Shown here: piece after piece, positions 39,101-48,013 of the stretch
Layout: each line of letters opens with the position of its first letter
Numbering within the stretch: position 1 is the first letter of the stretch
Source: a virus
Lineage: Duplodnaviria; Caudoviricetes
IMG/VR virus record: IMGVR_UViG_3300001525_000584
Location: 128,001-192,000 of that record
DNA length: 64,000 nt
Direction: 5' to 3' (one strand)
Made by a program: the position numbers and the translations under genes
Notes under the pieces: model-generated
Databases searched by the model: none
What the model saw: the letters and a program-made list of their open reading frames with translations, nothing else
Told to the model about the DNA's origin: nothing

Positions 39101-40453
39101 AGTTATTATCAGAGTGTTTCAAATGGCATCACTGTTAACTGGGGCGATGGAGCAAGAGAAACTTCTGAAGAAAAAGGCAATTTATCTTTAACACATACTT
39201 ATTCAGCAGCAGGCAGTTATATTATATCTTTTGAATATAGTAGCGGACTTTACTGGCTGGGTATAGATAATGCAAATATACCTGTATTACAACCTATAAC
39301 ATTATTAAAGAATGTAACTTTTGCTAACAACACAACGGCTACGGGTGCTTATGCATTTAAAGGTGCGACGGGATTAACGCAGGTTACTTTATCCCCTTAT
39401 ATGAGAAGAGTTGCTGCAGGAGCCTTTTTCGACTGTATAAATTTACAAAAGATCACTATGTACTATGGTATCACTTCTATAGAAGTTGGTTCTTTTGCTG
39501 GATGTACTTCTTTAAGAGATGTGGCTTTACCTGAAGGTTTATATAGTATAGGCAACGAAGCATTTTCAGGATGTTTGAACCTTAATATAACTTCATGGCC
39601 AAAGAGCTTGAGGCGTATAGAGGGAAAAGCATTTTTGTCATGTGATCGTATAGAAGAACTAACTTTAGATGATTTTGATAACTTAGGTCCTTCTGCTTTT
39701 GCAGGATGCGACGCTCTAAAGAAGGTTACTTTAAGCAACATCAGATCTATGGAGGAAAAAGTTTTTGTTAACTGCTCCGCCTTAGAAAAAGTCATTATAT
39801 TAGACGATACAGTACAACCTAAGTTTGCTTTTGAGGACTGTCCTAAGTTAATAACTGCGGGACCTTTAAATAGTGGTTGTAACATAGAGTTTAATTGGTT
39901 CAAGAAAATCCCTGCAGATGCCTTTGCATGTTCTTATGGAGCTTTGAGTGCGGTAACAACAGTTACTTTACCTGATAATATAACAGAATTAGACTCTGGA
40001 GTATTTTCAAATAGTAACATTCAAAATGTAAATTTGGATAATATTATCACATGGGGCGTTGGAGTATTTTCAGGCTGTAAAAAGTTTAATCTTAATAGTT
40101 TCCCAAAGAAAATGACTTATATACCTACTAATACTTTTAGTAGATGTACAGCTTTAAGAGGCTGGGATCTAAATGATGGATTAGGCTATAGAATAGTTAT
40201 ACCTGCAACAGTTAGTTCCATAGGTAACAACGCATTTTCACACTGCGGTTCTTTAGTAACTTTACATGTACGTACACAAAACAGCGATAATAAAATTAAC
40301 TCTTTTGATAATGCATGGGCATATATGGGCAACCCTGATATGACTATTCACGTACACAGTAACTTAGAAGATGTCACAGAAGCTTACGGACCCTATTTTA
40401 ACTACTGGAACGCAGAAGATTCACGTCAACTAAAAGTTATAAAAGATTTATAA
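33161..40453 (+). CDS. Giant tail/adhesin protein: Ig-like, LamG-like, CotH-kinase-like, LRR, InlB B-repeats, PKD-like, BspA-type LRR
   Basis: VQGTSSQYY.KKNFKI, MVDSRAKN, YDMDTALG; W.F....V..D..LYA.W repeats; I...AF.GC..L repeats. Confidence 0.75.
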   Translation: MANIPNKFPNISGSISSHGSVTGSISSGGGTSDHNRLKNRDLADQHPIEAITGLQDLLDSKVSEDEILPLINDAAKSKARGLYYDARGELSRDKKSYWYLTSDIDAITKQGTKESVISGPYNLGAGGGGSSPSITTVTLTKVTWPTNVSVGGECIVTINWTSIRDDQPTGRGTIQCFNNGKLIETKTAAQGNVSFDLTSSIISGENKIEFKVTDAYGSSKNLIDIITGISLLLTSYFDANAEFSGPIAYIYTPFGDIAKTMHFILDGAELPGSEIITASGEQQTKIISAQAHGSHTLQVYFTVTIEGEEIKSNELYYDLICFEEGDLTPIIASTFINDSEHEQYIPFNVVYRVYTPGQNNSNVYLYVDGVPVYTDEYGNPSYINVDKNEQSWEVSSDVIGNHTLQIVSGSAEKSFTFHIYKSTVDVTPVTDSLELYLGTENRNNQEPLEKRKQWNYTGTSGTIEGSLENFNWQSNGWVLDDENKTVLRLSGDARATIHFKPFSKDFTNTGKTIEFEIATRDVKDYEERIISCLDGADSISHSINYAGEDTRTKKFIVTNISLDSFAEAVQSTKGTYAFIYNNGQWNLNDDYYSTEDLTSVFGISIETQDLDPDNTTETEYFLDNDRILIYYVVSGRGFYITPQIARLQSQAASLSTQYKEDDKVRISYVVEKSTYGTRLMFMYINGILSGVSRYSETDSFAQTPAQEIVLGSNKATLDVYNIRIYNNDLTRRQIVNNWIADTKDAALKAQRYRHNDVYNNETGQITKEKILAIGNIPYLTLEGDDLPKQKKDRKWMSISYVDPVYSDRSFTADDARVDVQGTSSQYYYKKNFKIKYENGFYDNNLNWSEHYKLRGEDSKKEKTFTYKADVASSEGANNVVLVRYFEDSKNWFSPPEMEPDEDLGTSDSKKRIRVGIDGLPIVAFHQDKFYGKMNFNNDKGNSRTYGFTDGDECWEFLHNSSNLVLFKTDDLESINPATGKKMWEESFESRYPEEAGSDDHPYGQNPGELDRLKKVLTYVSSTYRNDTDSAELKQAKLNKFRALFMDDPSVDADIHFDLTSTLFYYLYTELFLMVDSRAKNAMLCWYTERTGGDGRKYGNKWYWIPYDMDTALGINNEGLLVYNYDKEDTDLQEGMYIFNGQDSAFWQNVRDAFTTELFAMYSDLRSNNVGREIWSFDVAEKYFEDHQAIWSENIFNEDAYTKYLEPYVLNKDATYLGMAQGSKMQQRRWWMYNRFKYLDSKYRSGDVKNNAITIRAYNTVGQKFEIVPYTNCYMTGNFWEIPVTKKAEKGKVVEIESPSAATGTDAVINVYPADWIQDLGDISSFMPGYADFSKATKLQRLIIGNASPTFQNGNLKGLNVGANKLLTYLDARNCQNLGTTEGSEATPTIDLKECLSIEEVYFEGTQIKGVTFPNGGNLKVVHLPNTITQLTIRNHPNLKEVSIAGTQNLTSLWLEDIPSSVVNPYKYIMNMPDGSRIRLINVQDTFKSIDGKTAADQISEFYDKLDKMVGYDARGASVDKAQITGTLYVDFMNYKDWSILSVRYPEVVIKSISGKDIICTVKFYNYVSGETDDFTLYTSRQCSLDTILSGEPVEDPARKSSIALDYHFERWYVIEDGRQVTFDPRATVITKDFDVYPEYSTTARQYTVKFEKQTDIASIVVTPEEEVVDYNTLITEPAVTGVPEDLKFHGWHTVEGTHWYFDKDKILKDMVLYAYWEETNVPTVDLSTIINCNTFEAHCTDNVGITGWAVTHSEEEPTSWNLIVPAQRVFVKQYSITTPELYYFWVRDNASPEYKKAFAHVQGLSLTKQPGTGVDNITLYYKNPDDTFEPVDTTAVFFNSTVKIKSTLDSHYENLTLYLNDRVIENDSEQVIIENTVIKAVCTPKNYTVKFDLGEFWEKNIPDQIRPYKTLVEEPEKQIVGGFVVEGWYKVKDGDTYTGKWDFAKDVVEGDTILYARWTDTVGSTTLDIDVAEDSTEVTLSYYQSVSNGITVNWGDGARETSEEKGNLSLTHTYSAAGSYIISFEYSSGLYWLGIDNANIPVLQPITLLKNVTFANNTTATGAYAFKGATGLTQVTLSPYMRRVAAGAFFDCINLQKITMYYGITSIEVGSFAGCTSLRDVALPEGLYSIGNEAFSGCLNLNITSWPKSLRRIEGKAFLSCDRIEELTLDDFDNLGPSAFAGCDALKKVTLSNIRSMEEKVFVNCSALEKVIILDDTVQPKFAFEDCPKLITAGPLNSGCNIEFNWFKKIPADAFACSYGALSAVTTVTLPDNITELDSGVFSNSNIQNVNLDNIITWGVGVFSGCKKFNLNSFPKKMTYIPTNTFSRCTALRGWDLNDGLGYRIVIPATVSSIGNNAFSHCGSLVTLHVRTQNSDNKINSFDNAWAYMGNPDMTIHVHSNLEDVTEAYGPYFNYWNAEDSRQLKVIKDL

Positions 40454-40461
40454 ATATTTTT

Positions 40462-40500
40462 AATAGAGATGGTTGAGGCGACTTAATCATCTCTATTCTT
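40462..40500 (+). terminator. Intrinsic terminator
   Basis: aatagagatggttgag-gcga-cttaatcatctctatt. Confidence 0.75.
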
Positions 40501-40509
40501 TGCTAAATT
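40501..40509 (+). promoter_or_regulatory. GCTAAATT late-promoter-like motif
   Basis: TGCTAAATT 44 nt before TTG 40545. Confidence 0.7.
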
Positions 40510-40544
40510 CAGTATAAAAATGCAAAGCAAAGGAGGTCGAACTT

Positions 40545-41225
40545 TTGACTATTAATCTTATTCAGTTCAAAAGGGGTTCGAAGGCTGCCCTAGAGCGGGA
40601 GCTTCAGGGAGTTAATAATAAGCGTCCTGCTTCTGGCGAACCTATTTTTGAGATCGACTCTGGTAGCTTAAAAATAGGTGATGGGGTTCATGATTATAAA
40701 GATCTGAAGTATATCGGCGGTAACGGAGGTTCTTCTGGCGGCGATGATAACAGATTTATTATTCAGGATCCTGTAGCAGGGCAAATTTTAATATATGATG
40801 ATAATAGTGGTAAATGGATAAATAAATCTTTAGCAGATGAAACTACTATAACGTATTTATCTGAAAAGGGTATAACTCTAAAGAATTATGAAAATGCCAC
40901 TAATGGTCAGATGCTGGTAAAAGATTCTGTACAGGGTTTGAGATGGTTGGATCCGGTATCAACAGAACTTTTAGATGCTAAAGTGCTTCAGGCAGAGCAG
41001 GCACGTACAGATGCACAAACATATGCTAATACAGCCAGTAACAAAGCCGTAGAAGCTTCTATGGCAGCGTCTGATGCAAATACAGCAGCTTATAATGCCC
41101 AACATATAATAGATTATGAATTACCTGAAGCTATAGATAAAAAAATGCAGTTCATGCCTATATCCGAATATAATGCTATGACTACTATAGTTAAAGACTG
41201 CTTTTATTTTCTCACTTTAGAGTGA
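40545..41225 (+). CDS. Tail fibre-like protein with Mtd-N/hyaluronidase-N-like domain
   Basis: IQFKRG..GEP.FE.D..LKIGDG..Y..L.Y. Confidence 0.65.
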   Translation: MTINLIQFKRGSKAALERELQGVNNKRPASGEPIFEIDSGSLKIGDGVHDYKDLKYIGGNGGSSGGDDNRFIIQDPVAGQILIYDDNSGKWINKSLADETTITYLSEKGITLKNYENATNGQMLVKDSVQGLRWLDPVSTELLDAKVLQAEQARTDAQTYANTASNKAVEASMAASDANTAAYNAQHIIDYELPEAIDKKMQFMPISEYNAMTTIVKDCFYFLTLE

Positions 41226-41238
41226 AGAGGAGCTTTTT

Positions 41239-41451
41239 ATGTCAAACACTCCTAAAAATGAGATTATGATAAATGGAAAAAAAGTAGTTTCAGTGATTAA
41301 TTTACAAAAGATCACCAAAGGTGTTCAAACAGAATCTGGAGAAGTTCAGGGAGAAACTATTTGGGATGCTTCACAAATGAAACATTCTGCGTGGTTCATT
41401 TTGGATTTAGAAACAGGTTCTCGAGGATGGTACCCAGGTAAAAAAGAATGA
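41239..41451 (+). CDS. Small tail-module protein
   Basis: SD and genomic context. Confidence 0.55.
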   Translation: MSNTPKNEIMINGKKVVSVINLQKITKGVQTESGEVQGETIWDASQMKHSAWFILDLETGSRGWYPGKKE

Positions 41452-41487
41452 TTTATAAATTAAAAAATAAAATAAGGAGATTATATA

Positions 41488-44358
41488 ATGGCCGCAAATA
41501 ATAACCATTTTGGGTTGACTCTAGATACAGTTGCCCCTAAAGGCGGTATATCTGCACAGGCTTCATATAATGCACAGGGTAAAGTTACTATAACTTATGA
41601 CGCTGATGCAAGCCAGATGAAGGTTTGGTATACCTCCACTCAGGCAGGTTCAAAGAGCGATTCAAATTATCCAACCGAATGGGAGGCTGTAGCAAAAGAA
41701 AAGAATACGGCCTTTACCTCCGATGGAACATATTATTATCATGTAGTGTTTAAAGATTCTGTAGCGAATGAGTCTGAAGTATTTAACTCAGATGCTATAG
41801 TTTATGAAACTAAAGGTGTTACAATAAATACTGTAGCTATTAATGACGATGCTGCATACACCACAAATCTAGAAAATAATAAAATCGTATTTACTTTTAC
41901 TAATAATACCGTATCTGCCATTTCTTCTGGTACTATAACCGGTAACATCGTAGGCAGCCCCATAGCTATTAATTTAAATTCTGAAGAACTTGCAGCAGGT
42001 TCTGCAGAACGCACCTTTAGTTTTAATACAGGAGTTCAGGGGAAACAGGAGGTCACTGTTACTTTAACTACAGCTGCTGGAAACTCTTCATCTGCAAGTG
42101 ATACCATCACAGTTGATACTACACCGGCTGCAGGCGTTTTAACACTTCGCAACAGTGCTAATACAGCTAACCTCCCGCTATATATTAATTATGTAGATGT
42201 GGGTGTACGCATCGACTGCTCCGCCACGGACTGGGCATCCTGTTCGATCTCAGGCCCCTTTGCCAACAGCCCGCTTAATATCACTGTATCTGCTGACGAT
42301 CGCAAAAATGGTTATGTCTTTAGTCAGATTAAATTAAATACTGGCGATGGCCTTAAAAACATCACTGCAAAGATTTATGATACTGCAGGCAACGTAAATA
42401 CTGAAACGATGGCTGCATCTGTTACTTTAGACCAGACTGCACCTGTAATTAGTATCACGCCGAATAGAACTACTATTAGTAGACAAACAGGTTATAATTC
42501 AGCGACGCTAACTTTAGCCGTTACTGAAGACGCAAAAGCTTCTGGTCAGGACGCTTATCGTATTTATTTAGATGATAATACTTCTCAGTCCTTTACTTCA
42601 GGTACTTTACCCGCATCTTATGTTGTGAATGCAGATGTTTTTACAGACACTTTAGACGCTGAGCATGTAGTGCATGTAGAAGTGCGCGATAAAGCCGGCA
42701 ACACAGGTACTAAAACCATTGCCATTAAATTAGATATTACTGCACCCGCAGTTACAAAGCCTACGATCACTAATTATAAAGGCTATGTTGGCGGTAACTT
42801 AGTGGACACTGCTGCCGGGTTTGTACGATTTAATCAAATCTCAGTAACTTCTGGTGCTGAAGATGCATCTGCTATAGCATACAGCTATTGTTGGATTAAT
42901 AATAAAGTTACAGATACTTCTTTACCTGAAGCCGCTAAAAAAACTGGTCTCAAAGCCACTTTTGCATACGGGGATCTTTTAGCTACAAGCATTAGCGAAG
43001 GCGATACCAACTACGTGCATGTAGCTTATGTAGATGAAGTTGGTAACACTGCTTTTGGCCATAGTGCTGGAGTTATTTTCGATTCAACAGCCCCTGAGGC
43101 AGGCGCTATTGATGGGCTACCTGATATTTGCCATAAAATAACTAATGTTGTTTCTCTTGTGCCGAAGGATACAAACATCAGTGAGAACCATGGCTGGTAT
43201 AAACTTTGGGGAGATATAAAAGTTGGTGAAAATGCCGTAAGTACTGAAGCCATGGCGGTTTGGACTACTTATGAAAATCCCGTTATATCTATTACGTTTA
43301 CTGGGGCTGATTCGGTTGCAAGCGTCACAAAAACGGTTTACTTAAAGTGGCGGGATGCCGCGGGTAACGTACAGACTGCCGATGCATTCTCCAAAACTGT
43401 GCAGCTCGACACCTCTAAGCCTCAGGCATCCTTAACACTTGTAGATACTAATAACGCCACTAATATAGGCAACAGTAAACGCGCGCTTAATACTTTTAAG
43501 GCCCGCATTTCTGGCGGTGATGACGGGCTTACTGGAACAGCTTCTGCATATGTTCTTTATGGTAACATTAAAATAGGTAGCACAACATACCCTACATCTT
43601 TAAAGACATATAATGCTTCTACGGCTTATGCAGCAGGTGATTTTGTAACCTATACACCACCAAAGGATTCTGAAGGTCAGGCGGAGCCTGAACAGATTCG
43701 TAAAATAACAACCGCAGGTACTTATGCGACCTGGACAGCTTTAACGGCTGCTTCTGGTGATGCCTTCACACCTTTAACTTATAATACACCTAGTGGCTCG
43801 CCTACATATTATTTAACTGATACCATCACAGGTACTGTTACTCAGGGCGCTAACCCTGTATATTTAAAAGTTAGAGATGATGCAGGAAACGTTTCTGATG
43901 TAGTTACACAGTCCTTCATTTATGATACTACCGCTCCTGTAGCAACTGTAGGAAACGTGGATCGAGCTATTATCAGTAAAGTTCACGAAAAATTAGAAAC
44001 AAAAACTTCTTATATCTCTAATGATGCAACAGCTAAAGATAAAGAAGGATATGCAGATTATGTTGCATTTAACTTTACCGCCAGCGAAAAGGTCATTGCG
44101 TGGAAAGTTTGTGCATATTTAACCGAAGAGGCTGCAGGAAACGGCAGTGCAAGTGATGCAGCTATACCCACAACTAATGGTTCTATTAACACTTCTGGTG
44201 CAGGCATCGAAGCAGATGCATCTATAGCAGTTCTTATTAATGGTGCTGACTATGAAGCAGCTTTAGGAGAAGTCGGAAAAGTAGATGGAGCTCATGTCGT
44301 TGTTGTATATGTGCAGGACGAAGCAGGAACCTGGTCTGGAAAAGCTGTATTTGCATAA
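41488..44358 (+). CDS. Ig-like repeat virion protein
   Basis: Repeated D.AGN...D.T.P bacterial Ig-like units. Confidence 0.75.
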   Translation: MAANNNHFGLTLDTVAPKGGISAQASYNAQGKVTITYDADASQMKVWYTSTQAGSKSDSNYPTEWEAVAKEKNTAFTSDGTYYYHVVFKDSVANESEVFNSDAIVYETKGVTINTVAINDDAAYTTNLENNKIVFTFTNNTVSAISSGTITGNIVGSPIAINLNSEELAAGSAERTFSFNTGVQGKQEVTVTLTTAAGNSSSASDTITVDTTPAAGVLTLRNSANTANLPLYINYVDVGVRIDCSATDWASCSISGPFANSPLNITVSADDRKNGYVFSQIKLNTGDGLKNITAKIYDTAGNVNTETMAASVTLDQTAPVISITPNRTTISRQTGYNSATLTLAVTEDAKASGQDAYRIYLDDNTSQSFTSGTLPASYVVNADVFTDTLDAEHVVHVEVRDKAGNTGTKTIAIKLDITAPAVTKPTITNYKGYVGGNLVDTAAGFVRFNQISVTSGAEDASAIAYSYCWINNKVTDTSLPEAAKKTGLKATFAYGDLLATSISEGDTNYVHVAYVDEVGNTAFGHSAGVIFDSTAPEAGAIDGLPDICHKITNVVSLVPKDTNISENHGWYKLWGDIKVGENAVSTEAMAVWTTYENPVISITFTGADSVASVTKTVYLKWRDAAGNVQTADAFSKTVQLDTSKPQASLTLVDTNNATNIGNSKRALNTFKARISGGDDGLTGTASAYVLYGNIKIGSTTYPTSLKTYNASTAYAAGDFVTYTPPKDSEGQAEPEQIRKITTAGTYATWTALTAASGDAFTPLTYNTPSGSPTYYLTDTITGTVTQGANPVYLKVRDDAGNVSDVVTQSFIYDTTAPVATVGNVDRAIISKVHEKLETKTSYISNDATAKDKEGYADYVAFNFTASEKVIAWKVCAYLTEEAAGNGSASDAAIPTTNGSINTSGAGIEADASIAVLINGADYEAALGEVGKVDGAHVVVVYVQDEAGTWSGKAVFA

Positions 44359-44395
44359 ATAAAAAGAAAAAAGTTTTATTTAATGGAGGTATAAA

Positions 44396-44863
44396 ATGTC
44401 TCGTAACGTTACAGGATATAATCCGCCTCAGGTAGATTATAAAGCTTTAACTGTAAATGGGGTAAATTATTTAACTTCAAATGCTGTAAAAGTTTCTTTT
44501 GTACCTCCTTATAATACTGTTTCTATAACGTTTAGACCTAATGTTCTTTTAAATAGATATATAGTAAATGCAACTTATGGAGATGCTGCATATGATATAG
44601 ATGTAGGTAAAAGATTAGTTGCAGCACCCGGAGGTTCTATAACGAGTATACCATCGACTCAGGATACTACAGTTTCTTTTGAAGTAAATTCAACTAATTT
44701 TGATCAGGGTGATGGATTATATAGAATTAGTTTATATGCGCAGTCCGCAGTAGATTATTCATGGGATGTATCTTATATTTTATTAACAGTATCAAATGAT
44801 ACTTTTGTACCTTCTGATGGAGGAACTTTTGAAGTATTAACCACCAAAATTATTAATTCGTAG
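44396..44863 (+). CDS. Ig-like virion protein
   Basis: Beta-rich; GDGLYRISLYAQ resembles the last domain of the upstream gene. Confidence 0.55.
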   Translation: MSRNVTGYNPPQVDYKALTVNGVNYLTSNAVKVSFVPPYNTVSITFRPNVLLNRYIVNATYGDAAYDIDVGKRLVAAPGGSITSIPSTQDTTVSFEVNSTNFDQGDGLYRISLYAQSAVDYSWDVSYILLTVSNDTFVPSDGGTFEVLTTKIINS

Positions 44864-44879
44864 GAGGAAAAAATAATTT

Positions 44880-45182
44880 ATGGCATTTACGTCCAGTCAT
44901 ACTGGGGCTCAAATAGAGCAGTCAGTCACTAATGCCTTAGCTTTGGCCAGCACTTTAACTACAGTAGTGATAAGTGGTCAAACATATAATGTGCTCTGGG
45001 AGATCGCTCCTACGTCTTCTAATCAGGTGTATGGGCTCTCTGTAAATCCCAGCACAGGAAAATTATATAGGATTTACAACAACAAAGGTACTTATTCAGC
45101 AGAAGCATATTCACCAAACAGTTATATACCTAGTGTTTCTGATACAACTTTACAGTTTACTTTAGGTAACACTAATAGCTAA
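44880..45182 (+). CDS. Small tail fibre-like protein
   Basis: MAFTSSHTGAQIE fibre-type start. Confidence 0.55.
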   Translation: MAFTSSHTGAQIEQSVTNALALASTLTTVVISGQTYNVLWEIAPTSSNQVYGLSVNPSTGKLYRIYNNKGTYSAEAYSPNSYIPSVSDTTLQFTLGNTNS

Positions 45183-45191
45183 ATATATTTT

Positions 45192-45228
45192 GAAGGGTTA
45201 ACTTTTTATTTTAGAGTTGACTCTTTTT
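45192..45228 (+). terminator. Intrinsic terminator
   Basis: agggttaact...agttgactct followed by a T run. Confidence 0.6.
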
Positions 45229-45253
45229 GCGTGCTGTTCTAAAGACAAATTTA

Positions 45254-45263
45254 GGCTAAATTA
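45254..45263 (+). promoter_or_regulatory. GCTAAATT late-promoter-like motif
   Basis: GGCTAAATTA 42 nt before ATG 45296. Confidence 0.65.
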
Positions 45264-45295
45264 TCATGTAAAAAAGAAACAGAGGAGGTAAATAT

Positions 45296-45811
45296 ATGCC
45301 GAGAATGCCAAAACAGAACTGCGGCACAACTGTTATTTGTTATAGTAACAAAAGCAGTACAAAAGACCTCGAAAATAGACTTAAAAAATTAGAAGATGCT
45401 TTATTAGATAAAGACCCTTCTGAAAATCCTGATTTACCTAATGTTCCTGACACTCCTGAACAGCCAGAACCTGAAGTAGAGATGGTTGATATTTATTTTT
45501 ATGATGGTTTTCTTTTGCCAAATGCTAACAGTGCACAGGGCTGGATTAAAGAAACGGTGCTTGCATCTATTAGAAAAGAAGGCATAACTCATACATATGA
45601 TCCTGCAGAAGAATTTTATCCTGCTATAGCATATCCTGAATCCTGGGGCGAATTAGCACATATTTATCAGGGTGGTTCTACTGCTTTTGATCTAATAACT
45701 GTATTCGAAAAAGAGATCATCACTAAAGATGGTAAAAAGTACTGGCATTATTATTTTCCAGACAGCGTTGTCGCTTCAAAAACTGTGCTCACTTTTCTTT
45801 GGGCAGCTTAA
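45296..45811 (+). CDS. Tail-module protein with Pro/Glu linker
   Basis: SD GGAGG, genomic context. Confidence 0.6.
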   Translation: MPRMPKQNCGTTVICYSNKSSTKDLENRLKKLEDALLDKDPSENPDLPNVPDTPEQPEPEVEMVDIYFYDGFLLPNANSAQGWIKETVLASIRKEGITHTYDPAEEFYPAIAYPESWGELAHIYQGGSTAFDLITVFEKEIITKDGKKYWHYYFPDSVVASKTVLTFLWAA

Positions 45812-45836
45812 ATAGATTAAAGGAGATTTTATATAA

Positions 45837-46295
45837 ATGGCTCGTTATACATCGTTCTTAGCCGGGATGGAGATCACTTCAGCCTCTGCCATAGATAAGC
45901 GCCTTATTCTGACTAAAGAAGAGATGCGTACTCTGGTGTTTGAAGATTCTAAAAAAGCTTTTAAAATACCTACGCACACACTTCATACCACAGAAGCCGA
46001 TAAAACTTATCTAGCTATTTGTGCAGAAGATAAAATGATTTACATCTATGATGAATCTGTAGGATATGATGAAACAACAGGACATTTTCATCCTTTAGCT
46101 TCTTTATTAGATTTTACAGAAGGTGGCGCAGGTTTATCAGAAAATTTGGAAAATGCCATTAAAGCATCTACAACAGTTTCAGATATAGAGAAGATTTTAT
46201 CAGGTACAGAAGAAGAACCCGGATTAACTAAACAGGTAGAAGATATTCAAAAACAAATAGATGAGATCACCATGAATGGTGGCGAAATCGTTTAA
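45837..46295 (+). CDS. Tail-module protein
   Basis: AIDKRL start; C-terminal MNGGE. Confidence 0.6.
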   Translation: MARYTSFLAGMEITSASAIDKRLILTKEEMRTLVFEDSKKAFKIPTHTLHTTEADKTYLAICAEDKMIYIYDESVGYDETTGHFHPLASLLDFTEGGAGLSENLENAIKASTTVSDIEKILSGTEEEPGLTKQVEDIQKQIDEITMNGGEIV

Positions 46296-46306
46296 GGAGG
46301 CTTTTC

Positions 46307-46672
46307 GTGGCTGTTATAACTAGTATTCAGTTTAAAAGAGGCCGTGAAGAGGCTCTTGATAAATGGACCGCAATACCATTGGCTGGGGAACCTATTTTCG
46401 ATTTAGATAACTCTATATTAAAAATAGGAGATGGCATTCACACTTATAGAGAATTAAAAGCTATAGGCGGTGAGGGTGGTGGCGGTTTACAGCAAATAGT
46501 TTTTGATACTTATTTTAATTTTCCTAGTGTGGGAAAAATAAATATTCTATATATAGCTAAAGACAAACAAATGGCTTATATATGGGATGATTCAGACAGC
46601 TCTAATGCTAAATATGTAGAGATCGGTTTTGCCGGTGATTCTATAGATGGCGGCGGAGCAGCTTCATTTTAA
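46307..46672 (+). CDS. Mtd-N-like tail protein
   Basis: IQFKRG..AGEP..LKIGDG. Confidence 0.65.
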   Translation: MAVITSIQFKRGREEALDKWTAIPLAGEPIFDLDNSILKIGDGIHTYRELKAIGGEGGGGLQQIVFDTYFNFPSVGKINILYIAKDKQMAYIWDDSDSSNAKYVEIGFAGDSIDGGGAASF

Positions 46673-46742
46673 CGCGTGTTGATTCTTATAAAAAAGAATT
46701 AATACATATACGCAATGCATTTTTTATAAAAGGAGATCTATA

Positions 46743-47999
46743 ATGGCAGAGTCAAAAAAGACGAGAATAATTCTGCGAAATGATTCTACCGGTGCATGGG
46801 CTGCAGTAGCAGATAGTGCTATTTTATTAAAGGGTGAAATTGGTATTGAATTTGATCCTAATGCAGACAGCGCCCATAAAGTTCGAATGAAAATAGGTGA
46901 TGGTAAATCCGCCTGGGGTGCACTAGAATATTTCGGTGAATCCGCAGATCAGAGATTTGCTAAGACATATCAGGTTGATATCGAAGCGGGTGCTGATAAG
47001 GTAGCTGCCATCACAACTGCTGTAGGTTCTGATGAACTTAAGGCAGGCGACATCGCTGTAGTTAGAGAAGCTATTCACGGCGATGACAAAAAGCAATATA
47101 CAGCATTTGTATATAACGGCACTGCATGGGCTGCCATGGATGGCAACTATAATGCAGAGAATGTATATTTTGCAAATGACTTTACATACACAGCTGCAAT
47201 CGGTGTTTTAGATAAGCCTGCTAGCGGTAATGCAACTTTAGCAGCAGCCGGTAAAAATATTAAAGAAGTTTTAGCAAGTATTTTAGCAAAGCAACAGAAT
47301 CCTTCTGTTACTCAGCCTTCTGCTTCTATTACTTTAAATCAGGCGACAGCTTATGAAGTTGGTGCAAAAGTAACTCCTACTTATACAGCTAAACTGAATG
47401 CAGGCTCATATACATATGGTCCGGCAACTGGTATCGTTGCATCAACTTATAGTGTTACTGATGGTGTTGAGGGTCACGATGCACAAACAGGCGCTACGGG
47501 CTCGTTCCCTGAGATGCAGGTCGTTGATGGAACAAATTATAAGTTAACTGCAACCATCTCCTACGAGCAAGGTGCCATCCCGAAGGATAACTTAGGTTCT
47601 GAAGTTCCTGCTCTAAGAATTGCAGCAGGTAGTAAATCTGCAACCTCCGGAGCCATCACAGGTTATCGTTCTATCTTCGCAGGTGCTTCTGTAACGCCTA
47701 TTGCAATCGACAGTACAAATATTCGTGCACTAACTGGTAAAAAGGGTGCATATACAGCATCATTTAATCTCGCGATCCCGGATGGTTGTACTCAGGTTGT
47801 TATTGCGCTGCCTAATGGCCATACTGTAAAGACTGTCGAGGATACAGGTGCTTTTGGTACAGATATTTTCTCTGTATTTACTTCTCAAAAAGCTCAGGTT
47901 GAAGGTCTGAATGGTTATACTGCAGCTGAATATAATGTGTATGTTTACACTCCTGCATCTGCGCTCGGCTCTAATACCTATAAAATCACTTGTGCATAA
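46743..47999 (+). CDS. Mtd-N-like tail protein with Ig-like C-terminus
   Basis: IILRND..W..LLKGEIG..MKIGDG..W..L.Y. Confidence 0.7.
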   Translation: MAESKKTRIILRNDSTGAWAAVADSAILLKGEIGIEFDPNADSAHKVRMKIGDGKSAWGALEYFGESADQRFAKTYQVDIEAGADKVAAITTAVGSDELKAGDIAVVREAIHGDDKKQYTAFVYNGTAWAAMDGNYNAENVYFANDFTYTAAIGVLDKPASGNATLAAAGKNIKEVLASILAKQQNPSVTQPSASITLNQATAYEVGAKVTPTYTAKLNAGSYTYGPATGIVASTYSVTDGVEGHDAQTGATGSFPEMQVVDGTNYKLTATISYEQGAIPKDNLGSEVPALRIAAGSKSATSGAITGYRSIFAGASVTPIAIDSTNIRALTGKKGAYTASFNLAIPDGCTQVVIALPNGHTVKTVEDTGAFGTDIFSVFTSQKAQVEGLNGYTAAEYNVYVYTPASALGSNTYKITCA

Positions 48000-48013
48000 G
48001 GAGAAAATAAATA

